NCBI GenBank assembly: GCA_017416345.1
Contig: JAFQCR010000004.1
Span: 51,783 to 115,782 of the forward strand
Origin: Clostridia bacterium
GTDB lineage: Bacteria > Bacillota > Clostridia > Oscillospirales > Acutalibacteraceae
Length of the DNA stretch: 64,000 bases
Direction: 5' to 3'
The notes below the pieces were generated by a model. It was not told the origin of the DNA, ran no database searches, and worked only from the letters and a program-made list of their open reading frames with translations. The stretch's first letter is position 1. Every line of letters begins with the position of its first letter. A program made the translations under genes and the position numbers. This document shows, piece after piece, positions 38,801 to 45,653 of this stretch.

Positions 38801-39409
38801 TTCGGCGGTGTTGACCACGTTCTCGCTTCCGGCGAAGATGTAAACATCATGGTATTCGATACCGAGGTTTACTCCAACACCGGCGGTCAGGCTTCCAAGG
38901 CTTCTCAGATCGGCCAGGTTGCACAGTTCGCTGCTGCAGGTAAGGCTATCTCCAAGAAGTCCCTCTCCGAGATCGCAATGTCTTACGGTTATGTATACGT
39001 AGCACAGATCGCTATGGGTGCTGACCAGAACCAGACCTTGAAGGCTCTTAAAGAGGCTGAGGCTTATAAGGGACCCTCTATCATCATCGCATACTCTCCC
39101 TGTGAGATGCACTCCATCAAGGGTGGTATGACCAACTGCCAGAACGAGATGAAGAAGGCTGTTGAGTGCGGCTACTGGAATATGTTCCGCTTCAACCCCG
39201 CTTTGAAGGCAGAAGGCAAGAACCCCTTCACCATCGACTCCAAGCCTGCAACCGCAGACTACAAGGAGTTCATCCTCGGTGAGGCTCGTTATTCTTCGCT
39301 TACCCGTTCGTTCCCCGAGCGTGCTGAAGAGCTGTTCGAGAAGGCTGCCCAGAATGCAAAGGCCGCTCGTGCACACCTTGAGAAGCTCCAGGAGCTCTAC
39401 GGCAAATAA
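35873..39409 (+). CDS. nifJ: pyruvate:ferredoxin (flavodoxin) oxidoreductase
   Basis: The start is ATG 35873 after AAGGAGGA. The product is about 1178 aa. It has two ferredoxin-type motifs (CAKCNKCAYVCP, CMGCGVCIGVCP) and the TPP motif GGDGWAYDIG. Confidence 0.96.
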   Translation: MARKMKTMDGNNAAAHVSYAFTEVAGIYPITPSSPMADYVDMWSAQGLKNIFGTTVKVSEMQSEAGAAGTVHGSLNAGALTTTYTASQGLLLMIPNMYKIAGELLPSVFHVSARCVASQALNIFGDHSDVYACRQTGFAMLAETNTQEVMDLGAVAHLATIKGRVPFINFFDGFRTSHELQKIEVWDYEDLKEMCDMDAVDAFRKRALNPERPVMRGSHENGDIFFQHRESCNEYYDKLPAIVEEYMDKVNAKLGTDYKLFNYYGAPDADKVIIAMGSICDVAEEVIDYMTAAGEKVGLVKVRLYRPFVAEKLCEAIPQTAKKIAVLDRTKEPGSLGEPLYLDVVAGLAACGRSAKVIGGRYGLGSKDTPPSSIFAVYDELKKDEPKAHFTIGINDDVTHLSLEEKPAPNTAAEGTIECKFWGLGGDGTVGANKDSIKIIGDHTDKYVQAYFQYDSKKTGGITISHLRFGDKPIKSPYYINKADFVACHNPSYVIKGYKMVNDVKPGGVFLINCQWTAEELDQHMPAEAKKYIAENNIQLYTVNAIDLAAQIGLGKRTNTVLQSAFFALSNVLPKEEAIGYMKEKAQKFMKKGKEIVEMNEKAIDAGATAFVKIDVPAAWANAVDTTVTEKSEGREKLVKMVDSIMKPVGLMNGDSLPVSAFVDHADGTFEQGAAAYEKRGVAVLVPEWNADTCAKCNKCAYVCPHATIRPFALDADELAKAPANMKKAPKPIVKTEYTYTLAISPMDCMGCGVCIGVCPTNSLKMVAQDTQLEEQKSFDYCVANVTEKDGVAGTQNIIASQYKKPLLEFSGSCAGCAETAYARLVTQLFGDRMYISNATGCSSIWGGPAATSPYTVNAEGHGPAWANSLFEDNAEHGFGMYLGQKAIRARLIAQVEEMMASEKASAEFKAAAEEYLATLEDGEKNGAATKALVAELEKAAAAGCPTAPKILAEKEYLSKKSVWIFGGDGWAYDIGFGGVDHVLASGEDVNIMVFDTEVYSNTGGQASKASQIGQVAQFAAAGKAISKKSLSEIAMSYGYVYVAQIAMGADQNQTLKALKEAEAYKGPSIIIAYSPCEMHSIKGGMTNCQNEMKKAVECGYWNMFRFNPALKAEGKNPFTIDSKPATADYKEFILGEARYSSLTRSFPERAEELFEKAAQNAKAARAHLEKLQELYGK

Positions 39410-39425
39410 TTAAAAATTGAATATT

Positions 39426-39449
39426 GTAGGGGAGGGGTTACCCCTCCCG
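39426..39449 (+). repeat. single GTAGGG-hairpin repeat unit
   Basis: gtaggggaggggttacccctcccg, with an 8-bp stem gggagggg/cccctccc, lies immediately 3' of PFOR and before the true terminator. Confidence 0.6.
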
Positions 39450-39464
39450 TATAGTAAAAATTTT

Positions 39465-39496
39465 CCGCCCGTGGCCACCGCCACGGGCGGTTTTTT
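39465..39496 (+). terminator. intrinsic terminator of PFOR
   Basis: A 10-bp stem ccgcccgtgg / ccacgggcgg followed by TTTTTT. Confidence 0.85.
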
Positions 39497-39504
39497 GCCC
39501 TTAC

Positions 39505-39549
39505 AATAAAAAAGAAAGATCCGCTCGGGATTGATTCCCAAACGGATCT
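39505..39549 (-). terminator. intrinsic terminator of the dehydroquinase-like/SDR operon
   Basis: Stem agatccg / cggatct with an inner ggga/tccc extension, followed by TTTCTTTTTT on the minus strand. Confidence 0.6.
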
Positions 39550-39566
39550 AAACAAGGTATTTGTTT

Positions 39567-40325
39567 TTATAAATCTATACAGTCACGAAGCGTTTTCATG
39601 GTGCTCAAAAGCGGTTGTACCGCCGCCGAAAGCTTGTCGTGCTGATACACGCAAAGGCACATACAACAACCAAGGTTTATGCCGAGCCTTCTGTGCAACG
39701 AGCATTCGCCGACCGACAGAAACAAAAACGGTGCGCCAAGCTCACGCTTCAAAAGGTCGGTGATGCGCAGGTTTTCGATCTGCTGCTCCATAGTGTCGGC
39801 ACCGGTGACGATCTTTATAACGTCGGCACCACGGCGTTTTTGCTCCAAAGCAATTTCAAGCACACGCTCGGCAGGGGTGAACTTGCGGATGTGGCAGGAC
39901 ATGATAACCTCTGCTCCTTTGGCGTGGAGCTTATCAATAAGATCCATCTGCTTTTTTATGGCCTCCTCGTTGTCGGTCATTTCCTCGGGATGCCTGCAGT
40001 AAAGATCACCCATAACATCGCAAAGGGTAGCGCCGCAATCAGCCAAGGTCAAAAGACCCTCGGCCAGCTCCTCGTCAGTCTTGCCGGTATTCTGCCCAAA
40101 ACGGTAGTTGGTAACGTAGCAGGGGCGGCCGTTCATTTCGTTGAACAGCCTTTTAAAGGTCTCGGGGGTCTGATACTCACGCTTCATCAGCTCGACCTGC
40201 CAGCCGTAAGCGTCAGCTCCCGTGCAGTTGGAGTTTTTGATCACCCCAATGGCATCATCGGGCTTTTCGCACAACAGCATTACCGTAAACAACGGATCGT
40301 TGTAATTAACAAAGCTCTTTTTCAT
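39567..40325 (-). CDS. type I 3-dehydroquinate dehydratase-family protein
   Basis: The start is set at ATG 40325 (AGGAGG RBS; TGATG overlap with the SDR stop). VIMSCHIRKFTP matches SxHxFxxTP (catalytic His) and GADVIKIVTGA matches the Schiff-base Lys block. Confidence 0.65.
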   Translation of the reverse strand: MKKSFVNYNDPLFTVMLLCEKPDDAIGVIKNSNCTGADAYGWQVELMKREYQTPETFKRLFNEMNGRPCYVTNYRFGQNTGKTDEELAEGLLTLADCGATLCDVMGDLYCRHPEEMTDNEEAIKKQMDLIDKLHAKGAEVIMSCHIRKFTPAERVLEIALEQKRRGADVIKIVTGADTMEQQIENLRITDLLKRELGAPFLFLSVGECSLHRRLGINLGCCMCLCVYQHDKLSAAVQPLLSTMKTLRDCIDL

Positions 40326-41089
40326 CAGAACCTCCTGCACATGGCGTTTCGACCGCCGTCGATCATTATGTTTTCACCGTTGATGAATTTGCCCTTGTCT
40401 GAAGCCAAAAACAGACAAAGGTCGATAACCTCCTGCGGGTCGCCTGCACGGCCTGCAAGTGTGCGAAGCTTGGCCATGGCGGCACGGGTGAGGATAGGAC
40501 CCGGCGAGACGCAAACACAGCGGATGCCGTGCCGTGCACCGTACTGTGCAATGGATTTGGTCAGACCGTACATCAGTCCGGCCTTGGAGGTGGCATAGTC
40601 AAGGTCCATCTCACAGCCCTCGGCACCGACTATCGAGCCGACATTTATGATAAGACCGCTTTTCTGCTCTCTCATCTGCTTTAAAACAGCGTGGTCAAAG
40701 TAGAAAGGACCTTTTAAGTTGACGTCGATGCCCCAATCGAAGATGTCGATCGGAACATCGGGAAACTCGGGGTAAACGGTGGTATCGACCTGGTTGATTC
40801 GGGTCGACGAGCCGCCTGCAAAGTTCAGCATAATGTCGATCCTGCCGAAAATCTCAACTGTCTTGTCACGAGCCGCACAGACCTGATTGTAGTCACGCAC
40901 GTCGCAAACAATGGCGAGTGCCTTGCCCTTGCCCTTGGCGTTTATCTCGGCAACCTTTTCATTTAAGACCTGCTCATTAACATCGCACATAGCAACGTTT
41001 CCGCCAAGCTCGGCAAAATTCTGTGCAAAAAGCAAGCCCATTCCCGAAGCCGCACCCGTTGATATGGCAACCTGTCCGCTAAAATCCAT
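40325..41089 (-). CDS. SDR-family oxidoreductase
   Basis: The 254-aa product has TGAASGMG and YATSKAG (YxxxK). Confidence 0.8.
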   Translation of the reverse strand: MDFSGQVAISTGAASGMGLLFAQNFAELGGNVAMCDVNEQVLNEKVAEINAKGKGKALAIVCDVRDYNQVCAARDKTVEIFGRIDIMLNFAGGSSTRINQVDTTVYPEFPDVPIDIFDWGIDVNLKGPFYFDHAVLKQMREQKSGLIINVGSIVGAEGCEMDLDYATSKAGLMYGLTKSIAQYGARHGIRCVCVSPGPILTRAAMAKLRTLAGRAGDPQEVIDLCLFLASDKGKFINGENIMIDGGRNAMCRRF

Positions 41090-41160
41090 TTTAAATTCCT
41101 CCTTTGGTTTTCTTAATTATATTTCTTTCTTAAAGCCGACTCAATAGGTAAAACAACAGA

Positions 41161-41188
41161 TTTTTAACGTTTCTGATACTTTTTAACG
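41161..41188. promoter_or_regulatory. direct repeat TTTTTAACG x2 (candidate AraC operator)
   Basis: Copies at 41161-41169 and 41180-41188 (19-bp phase), just upstream of the -35 of the AraC promoter and inside the divergent intergenic region. Confidence 0.3.
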
Positions 41189-41196
41189 CAAAAACA

Positions 41197-41225
41197 TTGA
41201 ATTTTATTAAATAAAATATTATAAT
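41197..41225 (+). promoter_or_regulatory. candidate promoter TTGAAT-17-TATAAT for the AraC gene
   Basis: Hexamers at 41197-41202 and 41220-41225. The -10 overlaps the track ORF start, which argues for a downstream start codon. Confidence 0.45.
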
Positions 41226-41235
41226 GATTTTGGTG

Positions 41236-42006
41236 ATGCAAATGGATATGTTTAAAAACATTGTCATAACGACGGTGGAAAAGCCTGCCACGGTGCTTTT
41301 GCCCAAGGGCATAACCAATAGGGTGGATTCCCGTCCGACCTACGGTGTGTCGTTTTGCATCAAGGGTCAGGTGGCCTATATACTTGACGACGGTAGGCAT
41401 TTTATATTGAATAAGGGCAATGCTGTAATATTGCCGCAGGGTGCCGCTTACACGCTTCGGTGTGATAAAGAGGGCATTTTCCCCGTCATCAATTTCACGG
41501 CAGAAAGCTTCAAATGCGACACCTTTGTCGCCGTCGAGTTGCAAAATCCGGCAAACCACATAAATAACTTCAATAAACTGTCGGATTATTTTCTGTATGA
41601 GGATAAAACCCTTAAGATCTTCAGCTTGTTTTACTCAATGCTCGATCAGATAAACCGTGAACGGTCTCACACGCAGTCGCCGCTTTATCCCGTGGTGAGC
41701 TTTTTGGAGAAGAACATCTCCGACCCACTAATAACCAACGGATTTTTGGCCGAAAAGCTGGGTGTGAGTGAGGTCTATTTACGAAAAATGTTTGCCCAAC
41801 ACTACAATGTGAGTCCCAAGCAGTACATTCTTGATATGCGTATTCAAAAGTCGAAACAACTGCTTGAAAACGGTACACAATCGGTCACCGAGATAGCGGA
41901 GCAATGCGGATTTTCAAGTGTGTATCACTTCTGCAGGCTGTTCAAGGCAAAGGTAGGTCTCACTCCGTCGGAATACCGCAAAGCCAATATGCTGTTTAAA
42001 ATATAA
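41236..42006 (+). CDS. AraC-family transcriptional regulator
   Basis: A C-terminal HTH_18 region (FLAEKLGVSEVYLRKMFAQHYNVSPKQYI...GFSSVYHFCRLFKAKVGLTPSEY). The start is uncertain (ATG 41236, 41242 or 41248). Confidence 0.8.
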   Translation: MQMDMFKNIVITTVEKPATVLLPKGITNRVDSRPTYGVSFCIKGQVAYILDDGRHFILNKGNAVILPQGAAYTLRCDKEGIFPVINFTAESFKCDTFVAVELQNPANHINNFNKLSDYFLYEDKTLKIFSLFYSMLDQINRERSHTQSPLYPVVSFLEKNISDPLITNGFLAEKLGVSEVYLRKMFAQHYNVSPKQYILDMRIQKSKQLLENGTQSVTEIAEQCGFSSVYHFCRLFKAKVGLTPSEYRKANMLFKI

Positions 42007-42040
42007 AAAACCGTCCGAGGGTGTTCTCGGACGGTTTTTG
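42007..42040. terminator. bidirectional intrinsic terminator
   Basis: aaaaaa-ccgtccgag / ctcggacgg-ttttt. Confidence 0.8.
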
Positions 42041-42056
42041 TGAATACTGCTTCTTA

Positions 42057-42542
42057 TTAAAATTTTCTCATCCATATCTTGCGGACGGTGAAGGTCACGG
42101 CAAGGTCGAGCAATACAAAAACAACGGTCAACGCCGCCATTACAAGCAACGCCGCCAATATTTTTTTGTAAAGCGGAAGCGCTGCATTTTCGGGAAAGGT
42201 GCAGATATATACCATCAAGGGCACAAGTATGGTCGCAAAGCCCAAAATCTCGGCAATAAACGGCTTAGACTTCAGTATCCTGCGAACCTCACCCCAAAAT
42301 TTCGGACGGTTCACCAAGGCTTCGGTAACGTATTCTACCTTGGTCATAAGGTCACGTGCCTTTATAACACCTGCGGCAACGGTGGAAATGACACCGCTTG
42401 CAACCATACACAGGGCGTATGCGGTATAGTTTATCAGGTCGTTTCCCAATCCCAACGCAGTTGCGATAAAGGCGCTGACGGCAAACCACATTAGCAACAA
42501 GCAAAATATTAAGAGCAGTTTTTTGAAATATAACTTAACCAT
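42057..42542 (-). CDS. hypothetical integral membrane protein (161 aa, about 4 TM)
   Basis: The ORF shows hydrophobic periodicity. I recognise no family. Confidence 0.55.
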   Translation of the reverse strand: MVKLYFKKLLLIFCLLLMWFAVSAFIATALGLGNDLINYTAYALCMVASGVISTVAAGVIKARDLMTKVEYVTEALVNRPKFWGEVRRILKSKPFIAEILGFATILVPLMVYICTFPENAALPLYKKILAALLVMAALTVVFVLLDLAVTFTVRKIWMRKF

Positions 42543-42603
42543 AAGCGCCTCATTTTTGTGTTTGTTATTGGTCGTTCCCTATATTCGGTCAATTAAAATT
42601 ATT

Positions 42604-42674
42604 GTAGGGAAGGCATTTATGCCTTCCGTAGGTTTTGTAAAGGCCTTCGGCAAGGATAAATCCTTGCCCTACAA
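42604..42674. repeat. GTAGGG-hairpin doublet, ATTTAT-loop subfamily
   Basis: ttgtagggaaggcatttatgccttccg lies on the plus strand. ttgtagggcaaggatttatccttgccg lies on the minus strand, about 20 nt away. Confidence 0.7.
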
Positions 42675-42735
42675 AGATGTTTAAATGATGGTGATTATTC
42701 CTTTACAAATGTGAGCAAGGAACGCTCCCGCAACC

Positions 42736-43002
42736 TCAAAAGATGTTTTTTAAGTATTGGTATAAAATGCTTAAAGCTCCCCATCCAGCATACCACATGC
42801 CTGCCCAACTAAGAAACAACCAAACAGTCCAAAAGCCTCTTGCACCCCAATGATATCTTCCCTTTAAGGTGGCACGGACGTGCATACGCCAGCAAAAGTA
42901 CGCTACAATTAAAGATATAATTATGATGATTATTCTTTTGGTTAAGCTGGTCTCAAGCAGATCGTTCCAAAATTCGATAAAGCCATCATAGCTGGTACGC
43001 AT
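42736..43002 (-). CDS. hypothetical small membrane protein (88 aa, Trp-rich)
   Basis: Two hydrophobic segments (IIIIIISLIVAYFCW; FWTVWLFLSWAGMWYAGWGALSILY). No family recognised. Confidence 0.45.
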   Translation of the reverse strand: MRTSYDGFIEFWNDLLETSLTKRIIIIIISLIVAYFCWRMHVRATLKGRYHWGARGFWTVWLFLSWAGMWYAGWGALSILYQYLKNIF

Positions 43003-43080
43003 ACTGTCACCTTCCTCCGAAAAATCTTTTTAAATCAATCTTTCCGTTGGTTGCAGAGGGGTGCATCTGATGTAACGGAA

Positions 43081-43282
43081 TCTCTCCCTCCGTCTCACAT
43101 CCGTTCGACACCTCCCTCGTCAGAGGGAGGTTCTGTAGGGCAGGGATTTATCCCTGCCGCCGTAAGACGGCTTACGAACCCTCTCACCCGACATTCGTCG
43201 GGAGCTCTCCCAAAGGGAGAGGTGTCACACGAAGTGTGACGGAGAGGGTGATCGTAGGGGCGCACCTTAAATGTTCGCCCGT
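43081..43282. repeat. composite array of at least 7 consecutive GC-rich hairpins drawn from two repeat families
   Basis: Family-2 units lie at 43081-43131 (+) and 43196-43252 (-). GTAGGG units lie at 43134-43159 and 43253-43280. Extra hairpins are cgtaag/cttacg and cccgac/gtcggg. Confidence 0.75.
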
Positions 43283-43284
43283 TT

Positions 43285-43443
43285 TCAGTGATCAAAATAC
43301 CTCTTTTTTATTACCTTCACCATACCGATTACAAGCGGTATAACGCAGGATAAAGCGATCCAAGCATTGCCCACAGTAACGCCGACAACGAGCAAGGCGC
43401 AAAACAATGCAAGACAGATGTATGCAAAAACAGTCAGTTTCAT
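43285..43443 (-). CDS. 52-aa hydrophobic peptide (not in the ORF track)
   Basis: The product is MKLTVFAYICLALFCALLVVGVTVGNAWIALSCVIPLVIGMVKVIKKRYFDH. Its ATG overlaps the TGA of the upstream 171-aa gene (ATGA), suggesting translational coupling. Confidence 0.4.
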   Translation of the reverse strand: MKLTVFAYICLALFCALLVVGVTVGNAWIALSCVIPLVIGMVKVIKKRYFDH

Positions 43444-43955
43444 TTTGCGCCTCCTTTAGCCTTTTCAAGAGAACGTGTGTGGCATTTCACACCGCAAATC
43501 TCACCCAACCATAATAGCGGAGTGAACGGAATTATGTCGATACATAGCGTTATGATATGAAGCATTGCAAAGGGCGGATCACGCCGATCATAGCCGTATC
43601 CGGTTTCGATAACATACGGGATGTCTGCCCATTCTATAGCCCATCCCATCACGTAAAGTGCAGGCCATAGAAATGACAGTATCTGATGTATCAGTATTGC
43701 AACCACAGCACCTGACAGCATTGCTTTGAAGTCAAATCGCTTGTTGCGATAGCCTTCGATTGCCGAGACCAAGGTGACGGCAATCATACTGCCGAAGGTC
43801 ATAAGAGAGGCGCGCAATACGGTTTCGGCTAAAGCTCCGGGTTCAAAAATGATTTCAATAGGGTAGATAAGGAGTATTTCAACCGCCATACCGAACCAGA
43901 TAGAAAACAGTATGTACATAGTGTAAAGTACACCTTTTTTGAGCGATGCTTTCAT
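43440..43955 (-). CDS. hypothetical integral membrane protein (171 aa)
   Basis: Four to five hydrophobic segments. AGGAGG lies 13 nt upstream. No family recognised. Confidence 0.55.
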   Translation of the reverse strand: MKASLKKGVLYTMYILFSIWFGMAVEILLIYPIEIIFEPGALAETVLRASLMTFGSMIAVTLVSAIEGYRNKRFDFKAMLSGAVVAILIHQILSFLWPALYVMGWAIEWADIPYVIETGYGYDRRDPPFAMLHIITLCIDIIPFTPLLWLGEICGVKCHTRSLEKAKGGAK

Positions 43956-43999
43956 TGCTGTTTGCGCTCCTCCTTTGGTTCAGCTTTTGTAGCTAACTT

Positions 44000-44048
44000 T
44001 CTCTCCCTTTGTCACCTGCGGTGACACCTCCCTCGTCAGAGGGAGGTG
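44000..44048 (+). repeat. family-2 repeat unit (third copy)
   Basis: tctctccctttgtcacctgcggtgacacctccctcgtcagagggaggtg. Its 3' 26 nt are identical to 43106-43131. Confidence 0.75.
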
Positions 44049-44136
44049 CTTGACCACAACGCTTTAGTTATCTTTAGAAGCACCTGGAGGAGAGACTTCT
44101 TAACCATCAAAACCATGTATTACACAGTTTGAATAA

Positions 44137-45600
44137 TTATTCCTCGGGGGTCACCTTTTCAGCTACGACGGTGGGGACGGTATCGTCGGTGGGAACCTCT
44201 GTCTCTGTGGGGGTGGTGGGCTCGGTGGTTGTGTCGGTCTCGGGGAGCTTTTTACCGAGCAGCTCGGGGAGCTCCATACCGGCCATTGCGAAGACCTCCT
44301 GCAACGGGGGAACCGACTTCATCATACCCGACAAAAAGTTTGCGGTAGCGTTCTTGCCGTCGGTACCCTGGCCGTTATCCCAAACGGTGACCTTGTCGAT
44401 CTTGATGTTCTTGATGGCATCGACCTGAACACGCATAAGGTCTTCAAGCTTGTCAGCGATCAGCAAACGCAGAGCGGCATCGGGGTCGCCGCCTGCCGAT
44501 TTAACGATCTCGGCAAAACCTGCAGCCTGCTTACGAAGGATCTCCTCGGCACCTCGGGCCTGTGCTTCCATTTTTGCAAAGATAGCATCGGCTTCACCCT
44601 GCGCCTTGCGGCGGATCTGCTCGGCTTCGGCCTCGGCCTCAAGCTCAAGCTGGCGCTTCTTGGCCTCGGTCTGAACGATGATATCAGCCTCCAAGGTAGC
44701 CTGCTCCTTGGCACGTCTTGCTTCTTCAGCCTCACGCTCGGCAGAGTAGGACTCCTCCAAAGCCTTTGCGGCCTGGATCTTTTCGGCGGCGGTGGCAATG
44801 CGCAGAGCTTCGGCTTCCTTTTCCTTCAGAGCGGCATCCGACATTGCGATCTTCATCTTGGCGTCGTTTTCACCCTGGATAGCGACCGAGTTGGCCTCGG
44901 CAACCTTGATACGTTCGTCCATCTGGGCGTTGGCCTGACCGATAGAACCCTCTCTATCCTGCTCGGCAACGCTCTTTTTAGCATCGTTGATAGCCTTTGC
45001 GGCGGCTTCCTTACCTAACGCTACGATGTATCCCGATTCATCGCTGATATCGGTTACGTTAACGTTGATAAGGCGAAGACCTATCTTTTTGAGTTCGGTC
45101 TCAACGTTGGATGACACGGCGGCGAGGAACTTGTCACGGTCGGTGTTGATCTCCTCAATATCCATGGTTGCGATGATAAGACGCAGCTGACCGAAGATGA
45201 TATCCTTGGAAAGCTCCTGGATCTCGGAAAGCTGAAGTCCCAACAAACGCTCGGCGGCGTTCTGCATAACACCCGGCTCGGTCGAAATACCGACGGTGAA
45301 GCGGGAGGGAACGTCGATACGGATGTTCTGTCTGGACAGAGCGTTTTTAAGATCGACCTGAATGGAAATGGGGGTCAGATCCAAAAATTCGTAAGACTGG
45401 AATACCGGAATTACGAAGGATGCGCCACCGTGGATACATTTGGCGCTGCGGTCGGTACCGTCTTTATTCTTACCGACCTTACCGTACTTGACCATGATCT
45501 TGTCGGACGGACACTTCTTATACCTTGAGCATATCCACACGATAAGTGAAAATGCTACCAGTACAAGGGCGCAGATAAGGACTACTGTTGATGAATTCAT
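44137..45600 (-). CDS. flotillin (SPFH-domain, FloT/YqiK type)
   Basis: A 487-aa ORF with an N-terminal TM segment, an SPFH core (..VIPVFQSYEFLDLTPISIQV..) and an EA-rich coiled-coil flotillin region. Confidence 0.9.
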   Translation of the reverse strand: MNSSTVVLICALVLVAFSLIVWICSRYKKCPSDKIMVKYGKVGKNKDGTDRSAKCIHGGASFVIPVFQSYEFLDLTPISIQVDLKNALSRQNIRIDVPSRFTVGISTEPGVMQNAAERLLGLQLSEIQELSKDIIFGQLRLIIATMDIEEINTDRDKFLAAVSSNVETELKKIGLRLINVNVTDISDESGYIVALGKEAAAKAINDAKKSVAEQDREGSIGQANAQMDERIKVAEANSVAIQGENDAKMKIAMSDAALKEKEAEALRIATAAEKIQAAKALEESYSAEREAEEARRAKEQATLEADIIVQTEAKKRQLELEAEAEAEQIRRKAQGEADAIFAKMEAQARGAEEILRKQAAGFAEIVKSAGGDPDAALRLLIADKLEDLMRVQVDAIKNIKIDKVTVWDNGQGTDGKNATANFLSGMMKSVPPLQEVFAMAGMELPELLGKKLPETDTTTEPTTPTETEVPTDDTVPTVVAEKVTPEE

Positions 45601-45653
45601 AATGCTTTACCTCCATATGAGTTTTTATATTTTTTGCCTTTTGGCATTAATAC

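Noticed and set aside
36014-39376. 1120-aa ORF antisense to PFOR, together with similar long antisense ORFs at 302-1252, 3685-4659, 5340-6701, 18865-19674, 22369-23502, 25578-26681, 39615-40598, 49387-50886, 51043-51999 and 56689-57954.
   Set aside because: For every pair I checked arithmetically (PFOR, citrate synthase, secA, infB, galM), the antisense codons are in exact register with the sense codons. Antisense stops would then require sense TTA, CTA or TCA codons, so the long frames simply report near-total avoidance of those three codons (strong codon bias). The translations are low-complexity (Val/Gly/Leu-rich) and lack RBSs, while the sense strand has unambiguous homology. The bias itself is a useful expression proxy, not a gene.
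41164-41559. 131-aa minus-strand ORF overlapping the AraC gene start and the divergent promoter.
   Set aside because: It is antisense to a gene with clear AraC homology, spans the AT-rich promoter region, and has no RBS.
43179-43249. Possible tRNA or tRNA-like gene (71 nt, a 7-bp closing stem plus three hairpins).
   Set aside because: The loops are only 3-4 nt, so there is no 7-nt anticodon loop or T-loop. There is no GTTC/T-psi-C box, D-loop or CCA context. The arms correspond to repeat-family units. It is kept as a structural curiosity only.
43051-43295. 62-aa (+) and 66-aa (-) ORFs across the hairpin array.
   Set aside because: Both lie entirely within stacked palindromic repeats, lack RBSs, and both strands are open only because of the GC-rich palindromes.
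42600-44050. Possible CRISPR array, because short GC-rich palindromic repeats recur.
   Set aside because: The repeats differ in sequence and orientation, their spacing is irregular, coding genes lie between them, and there are no identical direct repeats with uniform spacers.
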